Shown: positions 36,304-45,200, counted from the first letter of the stretch. The stretch is 64,000 bases of DNA from Candidatus Pacearchaeota archaeon (GCA_002688015.1 NZBT01000006.1:915-64914), one strand, 5' to 3'. Numbers and translations: made by a program. Notes: generated from the sequence alone by a model not told the origin.

Positions 36304-37410
36304 TTATTGAGTTTTTATAATGCCCGCAGCAATGAGAATCTTTCCTTTGTAGAGAACTATTGATTGTCCGCTAGCAACTTCTTTTATTCCTTTGTTGAAA
36401 GTAAATGTGTACTTGGATTTTTCTTTTTTTAGTTTTCCAGGAATTAGAGATCCTAAGTGTCTAATTCTTGCTCTTAATCCTGTTTTTGAAAAGTTTTTTT
36501 TGTTGATAGGTTTTAAATTTTTTATAAATACTTTTTTTGTTAAAAGTAACGGAGATTTTTCAGGGACAACTATTAATGTGTTTCCTTTTTTCTTAGCAAT
36601 ATAGAGTTTTTTATTGTCTATTGAATTTCTATATTTATCATTTATTTCTATTCCTTTATTTGGACGAACACGTTCTCCTATTGTGAAATAAAACGCTCCT
36701 GGATGGGATCCTATTGTTTCTCCTTCCGGTGTTAATACTACTCCTAAAGATTTTTTTATTTTTTTCTTTAGGAAAGATTTGAAGTCAAGATCTCCTATAA
36801 AGCAGACTCCACGAGATCCTTGCTTATTCCAGTTTTTGAGTTTATGAGATTTTGCTATTTTTCTAACTTGGGATTTTGTTAGCTCTCCAAGAGGGAAGAT
36901 TGTATGAGAAAGGTCAGATTGTGTTAGTTCATGAAGGAAATAGGATTGATCTTTTGTTTTGTCTTTTCCGGAAAGGAGTTGAAATCCTTTAGAAGTTTTT
37001 TTGACTTGGGCGTAATGGCCTGTCGCTATGAAGTCTGCAGAGATTGATTTTGCGAATTTCCATAGTGCTGGAAATTTTATTAAATTGTTGCAGCAGACAT
37101 CTGGATTTGGTGTAAGGCCAGATTCATAAGATTTGAACATGGGCTCAATTACATCTTTTAGATATTGTTTTCTGTAATCTATGACTCTGAAGGGGATATT
37201 GAGTTTTTGACAGACACGTTCTGCAATTTCTTTATCTCCTTTGAATGGACAGATTGAATCGAGATAGGGCTCTGTGTCTGGATAATTTCTTAAGAAGATA
37301 CCTACAACTTTGTATCCTTGTTTTTTAAGAAGAAGGGCTGCTACGCTGGAATCGACGCCGCCTGACATTCCTAAGACAACTGTTTTCTTTGTAGGTTTGG
37401 AGTTTTGCAT
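36304..37410 (-). CDS. mnmA: tRNA-specific 2-thiouridylase MnmA (bacterial type)
   Basis: PP-loop VVLGMSGGVDSSVAA, GHYA, and the conserved Cys context (NPDVCCN, GVCFIG). Confidence 0.85.
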   Translation of the reverse strand: MQNSKPTKKTVVLGMSGGVDSSVAALLLKKQGYKVVGIFLRNYPDTEPYLDSICPFKGDKEIAERVCQKLNIPFRVIDYRKQYLKDVIEPMFKSYESGLTPNPDVCCNNLIKFPALWKFAKSISADFIATGHYAQVKKTSKGFQLLSGKDKTKDQSYFLHELTQSDLSHTIFPLGELTKSQVRKIAKSHKLKNWNKQGSRGVCFIGDLDFKSFLKKKIKKSLGVVLTPEGETIGSHPGAFYFTIGERVRPNKGIEINDKYRNSIDNKKLYIAKKKGNTLIVVPEKSPLLLTKKVFIKNLKPINKKNFSKTGLRARIRHLGSLIPGKLKKEKSKYTFTFNKGIKEVASGQSIVLYKGKILIAAGIIKTQ

Positions 37411-37469
37411 ATTAACAGTGATTGAGAAATGTTTTTAATGTTTTGTATCTAAGTTATAATGAGAATAAA

Positions 37470-37679
37470 ATGGCTGAGAGAGTTAATACTGGAGGATTGA
37501 TGAGTTTTGATTATTCTAGATTAGGAAAGCAAGAATTAGATGATGATAAGAAGAAGGATATAAAAGATGCTTATAATCGAGCAGCGGAAAGGAGAAGGAA
37601 GGAGAAGAGAAATAAAATTATTATCTGGATTGTTATTATTCTGATTTTGATAGTGCTTGGAATATTTTTCTTGGGATGA
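37470..37679 (+). CDS. Small tail-anchored membrane protein (69 aa)
   Basis: Basic/acidic N-terminal part and a C-terminal TM (IIIWIVIILILIVLGIFFLG). Its stop abuts the 3' end of the convergent tRNA-Asn. Confidence 0.5.
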   Translation: MAERVNTGGLMSFDYSRLGKQELDDDKKKDIKDAYNRAAERRRKEKRNKIIIWIVIILILIVLGIFFLG

Positions 37680-37682
37680 GAA

Positions 37683-37755
37683 CGACCCTGGGAGGACTCG
37701 AACCTCCGACCTTGCGGTTAACAGCCGCACGCTCAACCAGTTAAGCTACAGGGTC
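37683..37755 (-). tRNA. tRNA-Asn (anticodon GTT)
   Basis: Reverse complement is GACCCTGTAGCTTAACTGGTTGAGCGTGCGGCTGTTAACCGCAAGGTCGGAGGTTCGAGTCCTCCCAGGGTCG. Anticodon stem TGCGG/CCGCA with loop CTGTTAA. TATA ATTTAAATAAGG about 25-30 nt upstream. Confidence 0.9.
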
Positions 37756-37847
37756 TTAAAGAGGGAAAATAAAAACCTTATTTAAATCTTCTTGTGCGTC
37801 TAATTTGGAGATTTTATTTTTGATTTTGTAAATTTTTATTAATCTTC

Positions 37848-37891
37848 TTTTTGAAAATATTTTCTATTTTTTTGATTTTTGAAAATATTTT
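37848..37891. repeat. Two copies of TTTTTGAAAATATTTT (each holding the 10-bp palindrome AAAATATTTT), 28 bp apart
   Basis: Copies at 37848-37863 and 37876-37891, inside the ~300-bp T-rich non-coding tract 37756-38043. Confidence 0.7.
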
Positions 37892-38060
37892 TTGTTACGA
37901 ACTTTTATTTTATTTTATTTTTTAATTTTGTCGACGGGAAAAATTGTTTTATTTTTTTAGATTTTCTATTCTTTCTTGAAATCTTTTTTTCTCTACGATA
38001 AGTTTATAAACAAAAATGTGTTAGTTAATTTAGAAACCATAAGAGGTGAAACTAAAAAAA

Positions 38061-38213
38061 ATGGCAAAGAAAAAAGCAAAGAAAGCAACAAAGAAAAAAG
38101 CAACCAAGAAGAAAGCAGTGAAGAAGAAAGCAGTGAAGAAGAAAGCAGTGAAGAAAAAGGCTGCAAAAAAGAAAGCACCAAAGAAAAAGGCTGCAAAAAA
38201 GAAGAGAAGATAA
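38061..38213 (+). CDS. 50-aa Lys/Ala-repeat highly basic protein (histone H1 tail-like / nucleic-acid-binding candidate)
   Basis: ATG at 38061 preceded by AGGTGA (38044-38049). Translation: MAKKKAKKATKKKATKKKAVKKKAVKKKAVKKKAAKKKAPKKKAAKKKRR*. TATA AGTTTATAAA at 38001-38010. The track ORFs 37976..38239(+) and 37993..38223(-) are alternative frames of the same repeat. Confidence 0.6.
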   Translation: MAKKKAKKATKKKATKKKAVKKKAVKKKAVKKKAAKKKAPKKKAAKKKRR

Positions 38214-38231
38214 TCTCTTCCAATTTATTTT

Positions 38232-38732
38232 TTATTTAATGCCCAGCCCTTCTTCTTTTTTGGTCTTGTTTACTTTCTCAAGATAATGGTACACGTTTGA
38301 TTGTTTAGTTCCTCTAATTAGATTTGTGAGAGCTGTTGTTATTTCAGGTATTGATTCTGCTTGAGCTATTATTCCAACTTCATTGTCCTTTAGAATTAGG
38401 TGAGCATCGGAAACGTTCTCAAGAGTTCTGAGAGTTTTACCCTTTGTTCCTATTATTCTTGCTTTAACTTCCTTTAAACTCTTTTTTCTTGTGTGATCTC
38501 TTATGTGAATTTTTCTGAAAATAAAATCTGGATTTTTTAATAGAAGAGCTTTTGTTGTTGAGAAGCCGAAAGCCATAGCTTCTAAGACGATCTGTGCTTC
38601 ATATTCTTCTAATCCTGAGCCAGACAGGGTGGCTTGTCTTCCTTTTAGTTCTATCTTTATATTCAGAGACTTCTCTAGTTTTGCGAGATTCTTTTTTAAT
38701 TCAGTTGTGTTTTGAAAGTATATTGTTTCCAT
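38232..38732 (-). CDS. KH-domain RNA-binding protein (Pno1/Dim2-like)
   Basis: KH motif RIIGTKGKTLRTLENVSDAHLIL. Two KH-like halves, 166 aa. Confidence 0.7.
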   Translation of the reverse strand: METIYFQNTTELKKNLAKLEKSLNIKIELKGRQATLSGSGLEEYEAQIVLEAMAFGFSTTKALLLKNPDFIFRKIHIRDHTRKKSLKEVKARIIGTKGKTLRTLENVSDAHLILKDNEVGIIAQAESIPEITTALTNLIRGTKQSNVYHYLEKVNKTKKEEGLGIK

Positions 38733-38852
38733 TTAAAGACACCTAACGGTTTCTTGATAACTTCTCTGGAATTAAGAGTAATGTAAACCTTTAAAAAGTG
38801 TTGTTTTTAATGAGAAATACAAAAATTTATTTTTTTAGAGTAGTAAAATAAA

Positions 38853-39107
38853 ATGCCTAAGCTACATGGTAGAGCTGCTTGGATTGCTCAGACAGCATAT
38901 AAGGGGTTAAAGGAAGTATTAAATCGAGGAGATCAGCTTGAGATTGGAAAAAGATATTTGTTTGATGATATGGCAATTACTAGAGTTGATGGACCAGAAT
39001 ATAGAATTGAGACTCCTCAGAAAATTTTACGTTTCGAGCTTAGAGGACCATTAGCAAAGGGATCTTCTTTTAGAATTGATCAAGTTCCTTTTGCAGGCAT
39101 AGCTTAG
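38853..39107 (+). CDS. Hypothetical small protein (84 aa)
   Basis: Clean ORF with no recognisable motif. Confidence 0.5.
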   Translation: MPKLHGRAAWIAQTAYKGLKEVLNRGDQLEIGKRYLFDDMAITRVDGPEYRIETPQKILRFELRGPLAKGSSFRIDQVPFAGIA

Positions 39108-39400
39108 AGAAGAGTAAGGGCGAAAGGGATGTTATCAATCTTTCCAATATGTTCTTCTGTAATTATTCCTGCTTCGAGAGCAGTAGAAATGCTTTTTGGG
39201 CCGACTAGATTAAAAGTTGCGTCTTCATGAACTTGTTTTTTGAGGATGAGGACAGCTTCTTCTTTAGTTAATTCTTCTCCAGAATAAAAATTTTCTCTGA
39301 CATTAAGTTGGAATTTTCCTTCTTCAAATTTCTTTCCGATTAGTTCTTTGTCTGCGAGGGAGATTACATTTCTATAGGATTTATGAATTTTTAGATGCAT
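39104..39400 (-). CDS. DUF424-family protein
   Basis: MHLKIHKSYRNVISLADKELIGKKFEEGKFQLNVRENFYSGEEL resembles the conserved archaeal DUF424 N-terminus (recalled, not searched). Confidence 0.5.
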   Translation of the reverse strand: MHLKIHKSYRNVISLADKELIGKKFEEGKFQLNVRENFYSGEELTKEEAVLILKKQVHEDATFNLVGPKSISTALEAGIITEEHIGKIDNIPFALTLL

Positions 39401-39439
39401 TTCATATATCTTTAAATATATGAGTTTTTAGTTCTTACT

Positions 39440-39820
39440 ATGAGTGAAGATTTCCCAGAAGTTTCGATTAGTGAGTTGAAAGAGATTTTTTATGAATTGA
39501 TTAAAGATTATAATGAGACTGTTCGGAAACTTGAGGTTTATGAAGATACTCCTTCAAGAGAAGAGGCTTTAGCGATGAGTTTACAACAGAGAAGGATAGT
39601 AGTGGAAAATGTTTCTCAGACATGGAGGCTAAGACTTGAATTACATGATAGATCATCAAGGGTGCTTGGATTTTATGAAGTTATGAGGACTTTGGATTTG
39701 GAAGAGGAGATAGATAGAAGAGAAGGTAATTTGGAGGCGTTAGATGTGGTTAGAAAATATCATTCTAAGTTTGAAAGCGATATTGTTAAGGTATGTAAAC
39801 CTAATGTTGATTTTGATTAG
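39440..39820 (+). CDS. Hypothetical protein (126 aa, predicted helical)
   Basis: Clean ORF with no recognisable motif. Confidence 0.5.
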   Translation: MSEDFPEVSISELKEIFYELIKDYNETVRKLEVYEDTPSREEALAMSLQQRRIVVENVSQTWRLRLELHDRSSRVLGFYEVMRTLDLEEEIDRREGNLEALDVVRKYHSKFESDIVKVCKPNVDFD

Positions 39821-40227
39821 AAGTGATACTTTATTGGGTTTTTAGCTCCACAAGCAAGGCAGTGTTTGATTTTAATTCCTTTTTCGGAGACAACTTCAGA
39901 ATCTGGTTTGCCACAAACAGGGCAAAGAACGAATAGTTTTGTATATAATTCGAATTTTTCATTTACTTTTGCAGAGTTTAGTTTCGTGTTTAATATGAGC
40001 CGGCCTGAATCAAGTTTTCCAGCGGCAGCAAGTTCTTTTTGAAGGAATTTGGCAATGTGTTCTGGAGGCCTTCTGAGAGAGGATGCAATTTCTGCAAAGT
40101 TTGTGATTATTGTGTTTTTTCCTTGAACTTGCCCTTTAACTTTAGGTATTTCAAACCTGTCAGAGCTAGAAGAAACAACTTTTACTTTCTTGTATGCTTT
40201 GTCTAAAAGATTTTCATAGGCTTCCAT
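39817..40227 (-). CDS. Translation initiation factor aIF2 beta subunit
   Basis: N-terminal helical domain (YENLLDKAY...RFEIPK) and C-terminal zinc ribbon CPVCGKPDS...CLACGA. 136 aa. Confidence 0.85.
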   Translation of the reverse strand: MEAYENLLDKAYKKVKVVSSSSDRFEIPKVKGQVQGKNTIITNFAEIASSLRRPPEHIAKFLQKELAAAGKLDSGRLILNTKLNSAKVNEKFELYTKLFVLCPVCGKPDSEVVSEKGIKIKHCLACGAKNPIKYHF

Positions 40228-40278
40228 ATTTCTTGAAGGTAAAACAAGGTTTATAAAGATTCCTTAGTATATATTATT

Positions 40279-40887
40279 ATGAATTTAAAGAATCTTGCTT
40301 TAGGAATTGGAATTATTGTAGTATTTGCTTTGGCTTTAGGATATGGTATTGAAGCATTTTATGATACTCCTGAATGGGATGAGTTTTGTGAAGAGGTTAT
40401 TGTTCCGCAGACTCTGGATTCTCAAGGAGATTTTGCGCCAGTAACGCAGGAACAGTGTGAGGCTACCGAAGGAGCTAAGTGGAATACATATGAAGATTCT
40501 AGGACTCCAAAGAGAGTATTGGAAGGACAAGTTGTGGAAACAGGGCATTGTGATTATCATTCTGAGTGTCAGGAAAAATATGATGATGCAAGAGATAAGC
40601 ATTCTTGGACTGTCTTTTTGATAAGTATAATTGTTGGAATTATCGCGATTATAATTGGATATACAATATTGAGTATTGAGCCTGTTGGAAGTGCACTTAT
40701 AGGCTCTGGAATCTGGGCTTTCTTTTATGGAGGAGTTATTAATTGGAGAAACTTTGGAGAAATGTGGAGATTTGTTTTGCTGTTCATTATTCTCATAGTT
40801 TTGATTTGGTTCGCTGTTAAGATGAATAGTCCAAAGAAGAATGGGATTAGTAGGTTTTGGAAAGGTTTTGGTTTTGGGAAGAAGTGA
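40279..40887 (+). CDS. Membrane protein with Cys-containing ectodomain
   Basis: N-terminal TM, a ~90-aa Cys/acidic loop, then three further hydrophobic helices. Confidence 0.6.
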   Translation: MNLKNLALGIGIIVVFALALGYGIEAFYDTPEWDEFCEEVIVPQTLDSQGDFAPVTQEQCEATEGAKWNTYEDSRTPKRVLEGQVVETGHCDYHSECQEKYDDARDKHSWTVFLISIIVGIIAIIIGYTILSIEPVGSALIGSGIWAFFYGGVINWRNFGEMWRFVLLFIILIVLIWFAVKMNSPKKNGISRFWKGFGFGKK

Positions 40888-41574
40888 TTATCCGAGATAG
40901 CGTAATTTTCCTGGGCGGGGCTCATAAATCAGGCCGTTTTCTAAGAGCTTTTTGATTTCTCCGTTAATTATTTCTGGAGGTTCATGCGTGTCCATTATAA
41001 TTTTGTCTATGAAAATTCCTTCTTCTGATTCGGCAGATTTGATCATATTTAGAATTTTATCTTTTAGTTCTGCTGTTTTTTCAGGGGCTAGAGCCTTTGG
41101 GGCAGAAAGGTCTGTTTCAAGTTTTCTTATTAGAAGGTATTGAGGAGAAAGAGGTTTTAGAATTTCAGGAGTTATGTAAATTTCATTGTTCCATGTTCTT
41201 AATAAGCCAATACAGAGAATTGTATCTCCTTGGTTTAGCTCAGAGAAAAGAGCGATATCATCACCGAATACTTTTGCTTTAATTTGGCCTGTTGCATCGT
41301 CTAGTGTTATAGAGGCAAATTTTTTCTCTCCTTCTTGGATGTATTTGTCGATTATGTTTGCGATTATATTTACTCGAACAACAGATTTTCCTTCAGTTTC
41401 TAAAGATTTAAGGCGTTCATTTTCTATTTTAGGAGTGCCTGAAAGAACTTTTCCTATGCGAAGTTTACATGCAATGTTTCTTTTGTATTGAGTTTCAGAG
41501 CCTATGTTATCAACTGCTGGCGTTTGTGTCGGTGTTGGTGTTTGTTCTGGTGTCTGCACTTCTTTTTCTTTCAT
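40888..41574 (-). CDS. RPA2-like single-stranded DNA-binding protein (OB fold + C-terminal winged helix)
   Basis: OB-fold segment (VRVNIIANIIDKY...ASITLDDATGQIKAKVFGDD...ILCIGLLRTWNNEIYITPE) and a wH-like tail (EIKKLLENGLIYEPRPGKLRYL). Adjacent to mcm. Confidence 0.6.
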   Translation of the reverse strand: MKEKEVQTPEQTPTPTQTPAVDNIGSETQYKRNIACKLRIGKVLSGTPKIENERLKSLETEGKSVVRVNIIANIIDKYIQEGEKKFASITLDDATGQIKAKVFGDDIALFSELNQGDTILCIGLLRTWNNEIYITPEILKPLSPQYLLIRKLETDLSAPKALAPEKTAELKDKILNMIKSAESEEGIFIDKIIMDTHEPPEIINGEIKKLLENGLIYEPRPGKLRYLG

Positions 41575-41620
41575 TTTTATGTTTGTTTTTAAGGTTTTTT
41601 ATATATTGTTGTTCTGTTGT

Positions 41621-43630
41621 TTAGGTTTTTTGAATGTGTCCCTTTCTTGGTCTGAAAATTTCTCCTGATTTGGAGAGTTGAAGAAGAGCTTCTTCTAATT
41701 CTGTTTCAGAAATCTTATCTTCTATGGCTTTTTTTAGTTCTTCTTCTGGAATTAATTTTCCTAATCTTGATTCTAATTGTGTTAGAGTTTCTTTTACAAG
41801 AAGAATTTTTCCTCTTTTTGATGATGTAATTCCAGTAGTCATTTTGTCAATATCAAATGTTTGTGTTTCTTCGTCATAACCAACTTGCATTAGGGATACT
41901 TTCAATAATTCTATTGCTTTTATTGCGTCCTCTTTTGTTACTTCGTCAGAAAGGCGGAGTTTTGCATGGGCTTCACTTAGTCTTATTATTCCTTCAAGTT
42001 GTCTTGCTGTGATTGGAATTGGTTTTATTGTGCTATCAGATGAAACTGATTGATTTCTTAATTTTATGTAAAAGCTTTTAATTTCTTTTACCGCTTCGTC
42101 AGATAGTTTTGGTTTTATCTTTTGTTTTGCATATGCAATGTATTTTCTTAGTATTTTTGGATCTACTATATCTCTGATTACTTCTTGTTGATGTTCTTCA
42201 AGGACATGAGTCGCGATTGCTTCGTCTTGTACTTTGTTTGGTAAGTCACGGATAACGAAGATTACATCGAATCGGGAGAGTAATGCAGGGGAGATGTCTA
42301 TTTGTTGTGGGATTGGTGTGTAGGGATCGAAACGACCGAGTTTAGGGTTTCCTGCTGCTAAGACTGTTGTTTCTGCACGGAGAGTAGCATGGATGTTTGC
42401 TTTTGAAATTGTTACAGATTGTTGTTCCATTGCTTCATGCATCGTAGAACGGTCATGCTCATCCATTTTTTCTATTTCATCTATACATACAGTTCCTTTG
42501 TTGGATAATACCATTGCCCCTGCTTCTAGAGACCATCCTCGCAGAAATTCGTCTTTAACTACTGCTGCAGTAAGGCCTGCTGCAGTTGCTGCTTTTCCAG
42601 AGACGTAACGTCCTTTTGGAGCAATTGTTGATGTGAATTTTAGAATTACTGATTTAGCTACCCCTGGATCACCCACAAGAAGAATATGTATATCTCCTCT
42701 TGTATTTCCCCCATCAGATTTCTTTTTCTTTACTCCTCCAAACATTTGCAACAAGATTGATTCTTTTATTCTCTCAAATCCATAGATTGAAGGAGATATA
42801 GATTGGGAGAGTTTCTTGAGTAGATTTTGATCTGCTGCTATTTCTAAGATCTGTTTCATTTCTTCTTCGGAAATATTTAGGTCTTCAAAGGATTCTTCTA
42901 AGGGAACGAGATTATTTGCTTCAACTGCTATATCATATCTTGTAGAAATTCCTGAGGGAAGGGGAACCGGGACTTCTTTTAAGATTCCATGTATTTTTAA
43001 TTTGCTTCCTGGAGTTGTTCTTTCTTCCATTTTAGGATCAACTAGATCTTCTTTTAGGAAAATGTTTATTCTTCTTGGTTGTTGGCCTCCTTCTAAAGCG
43101 TCTGGGCTCTCTTCAACTACAAGACGTTGAACGTCAACCATTTCTTTTGATATTATTTTAAAGGGACCTTTCCATTGGCAGGAGCATCTGTTAGGTTCTC
43201 TAAATTTTCTATCTACTTGAAGAACAGATAATACTGCTCCACAATTTGGACATTCAAACTTAGCATTTGCTACTTGAGGACGAACTTCAGATGCTTGACG
43301 AACAATTCCTTCCACTGTTAGAATTTGATCAAGATGTTTGGATCTGATATCTCTGATTTTTGTTTCTGAGGTTTCTGGGAGTCCAAGCATTCTTAGTCTT
43401 GGGGCTTTTACTAGACCTGATTCTTCTAGAGCAGATTCAATTAAGGATATTGCTTCTTCGGGCGATTCTAATATTGTTTCTGATAAAGTTGGAGAGAATT
43501 GAGCTATTCTTGGGAAATTAACGTGAACGACATTGTTACCTTCTCTGACAGACTCTCCAATCTCTTTTTTGTATGCTGCAAGGAAATTTTTCGCTTCAAT
43601 CAGTAAGTCTTCTTGCCTCTTTTTTTCCAT
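41621..43630 (-). CDS. mcm: MCM replicative helicase
   Basis: Zinc motif CPNCG...CSC, Walker A GDPGVAKS, Walker B CIDEIEKM, arginine finger SRFD, C-terminal wH. 669 aa with no intein. Confidence 0.95.
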   Translation of the reverse strand: MEKKRQEDLLIEAKNFLAAYKKEIGESVREGNNVVHVNFPRIAQFSPTLSETILESPEEAISLIESALEESGLVKAPRLRMLGLPETSETKIRDIRSKHLDQILTVEGIVRQASEVRPQVANAKFECPNCGAVLSVLQVDRKFREPNRCSCQWKGPFKIISKEMVDVQRLVVEESPDALEGGQQPRRINIFLKEDLVDPKMEERTTPGSKLKIHGILKEVPVPLPSGISTRYDIAVEANNLVPLEESFEDLNISEEEMKQILEIAADQNLLKKLSQSISPSIYGFERIKESILLQMFGGVKKKKSDGGNTRGDIHILLVGDPGVAKSVILKFTSTIAPKGRYVSGKAATAAGLTAAVVKDEFLRGWSLEAGAMVLSNKGTVCIDEIEKMDEHDRSTMHEAMEQQSVTISKANIHATLRAETTVLAAGNPKLGRFDPYTPIPQQIDISPALLSRFDVIFVIRDLPNKVQDEAIATHVLEEHQQEVIRDIVDPKILRKYIAYAKQKIKPKLSDEAVKEIKSFYIKLRNQSVSSDSTIKPIPITARQLEGIIRLSEAHAKLRLSDEVTKEDAIKAIELLKVSLMQVGYDEETQTFDIDKMTTGITSSKRGKILLVKETLTQLESRLGKLIPEEELKKAIEDKISETELEEALLQLSKSGEIFRPRKGHIQKT

Positions 43631-43749
43631 AGTATGATAAAATGATGTTTGATTTATATGGTTTGTTGTAATAAAGAGAGGGTATTTAGAGATGTAGTAC
43701 TCTTTTTGGGGGGCGATTAATATTTAAATGATGGGATAGTCGTTTTTTA

Positions 43750-44084
43750 ATGGGAGAAAGTCAAAGATTGTTTTATCTTCTTGATGTAGGAGATCATGAA
43801 TGTGGACATGAATTGTATGTGGTTTCTGGGAGACAGATAGATTTTGATGATGTTAGGAAGTTAATTTTTGAGAGGCCAAGTTTTTTGAGGGGGATAAAGA
43901 ATTGGTAAGGGGACATTCTAATAGAACTTTAGAAGAGGCTGTGTCTGTTAGATTTGGACTTGGTGGGACTTTTTCTGATTCTTGGGTTTATGCTGTCACA
44001 GTTTACGAAGGGGGAGTTATTAGGGATGATGAAATTGATGTTATTGAGAAGTTTACAGGGAAAGAGATTATTGAGATTGAGTAG
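43750..44084 (+). CDS. Hypothetical protein split by an apparent frameshift at a T6 run (43881-43886)
   Basis: ATG at 43750 with TATA AATATTTAAATG about 25 nt upstream gives 52 codons ending TAA at 43906. The track ORF 43902..44084 (TTG start, no promoter) is open in the -1 frame from 43872. One extra T would give a continuous 111-aa ORF. Confidence 0.45.
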
Positions 44085-45200
44085 TTATTCTATTTGGAAA
44101 CGTAAAATAGCACCAACACCCTTTGTGAGATTTTGGAATTGTTGGGCGTCTTGGTTTTCTTCATCGCTTATTATGACTACTTCAGAGCCGATGTTCTTAG
44201 CCGATTCTTCGAATTCTTTTGTTTTGTCAATTTCTGTTTTTAGGAATTTCTTTGTTAGGAGAAGGGTTTCTACGGCTCCTCTTTGTAGAGCAAATGCGAC
44301 TTTCTCTATTCCATAGGATGCATGAGAAGATTTTTTCCCTAATGTTTCAAAGAATCTTTCTAGAATCTTTTTCTCCTTAATTAGTTCTTGTTGAGCTATG
44401 TCTTCTTCTGAAGCTTCTACTAATAGTTCGAGACCGTGTTCGTCTACGTAGCCAATGTCTTTAATGGAAATTACTTTTTCTTTGAGTTTTGTTGCTAGTT
44501 GTCCTTCGTCAAGAAAGTCTTCTTTTGTAGGTATTGGGCCGCCAATTAGAATTCCCTTTAGTTTTGGCATTTCAAAGAAGATTTCTTTCATTGCTTCAGC
44601 AACACGCCTGAAGAATTCTTTTGCTAATCCTTCTGTGATTCGTTCAAATCTTTGACTGCTCTGACCCCCAGCACGAGTTTTTCCAGGGACTCCGGAAGTA
44701 AGTTTCCTTATTACTTTGATTTGTTTTCCTTCAAGAACACCGATTGTGGCTTCTTGTCTATCTATTGCGAGAAGGCCAAAGACTTCTGAAACTTCAAGTA
44801 TTTCTTTTAAGGGATCTAGGACGAAGACTTGATCACATCTGTATGTTCTCACGTTTAAAGGTTTAGGAGGTTCATAAGCCCAGATTTGTACATCGGAGAC
44901 ACCTTCTTTATCTGAGACATTTCCTGCGAACAGAGCGATACCATTTTCAGGGGTTTTTTGATATTCCTTTATCTTACGAATAATCATTTCAATTGCTGAA
45001 ATTACTGCATTTCGTGTATGCTTGCTTTTGATGTTGTTAGCCGTTGACTTTTCTCCTTCTAATTGCTTTGAAACTAAGTTAATGTTTTGTCCAGCTGGAA
45101 TTAGGACAGTTACTAATTCTGTATGTCTGCCTCGGATTGCTGAGAGAGTTTCAACTAGTTCTTCAAGTTCGGCTTTTTGTTCGTCTGTTATTTCAACCAT
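44085..45200 (-). CDS. Peptide chain release factor aRF1
   Basis: NIKS motif (TANNIKSKHTR) and GGQ motif (RAGGQSSQRF). Confidence 0.9.
   Translation of the reverse strand: MVEITDEQKAELEELVETLSAIRGRHTELVTVLIPAGQNINLVSKQLEGEKSTANNIKSKHTRNAVISAIEMIIRKIKEYQKTPENGIALFAGNVSDKEGVSDVQIWAYEPPKPLNVRTYRCDQVFVLDPLKEILEVSEVFGLLAIDRQEATIGVLEGKQIKVIRKLTSGVPGKTRAGGQSSQRFERITEGLAKEFFRRVAEAMKEIFFEMPKLKGILIGGPIPTKEDFLDEGQLATKLKEKVISIKDIGYVDEHGLELLVEASEEDIAQQELIKEKKILERFFETLGKKSSHASYGIEKVAFALQRGAVETLLLTKKFLKTEIDKTKEFEESAKNIGSEVVIISDEENQDAQQFQNLTKGVGAILRFQIE

Noticed and set aside
38100-38165. Short tandem repeats examined as a possible CRISPR or minisatellite
   Set aside because: The 15-nt units are contiguous with no spacers, lie in frame in a coding sequence, and are far shorter than CRISPR repeats. 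No other regularly spaced repeats and no cas genes were seen anywhere in the window.
37976-38239. Track ORFs 37976..38239(+) (Glu/Ser-rich, 87 aa) and 37993..38223(-) (Leu/Ser-rich, 76 aa)
   Set aside because: Both are alternative readings of the AAG/AAA-rich 15-nt repeat. The plus one needs a TTG start inside the T-rich spacer. The ATG+GGTGA-supported Lys/Ala frame (38061..38213) is the more credible gene.
43631-43749. Divergent mcm / orphan intergenic region, considered as a replication origin
   Set aside because: It is only about 120 nt and is fully explained by two back-to-back TATA boxes, each about 25 nt from its ATG. No repeated ORB-like elements and no orc1/cdc6 gene are present.
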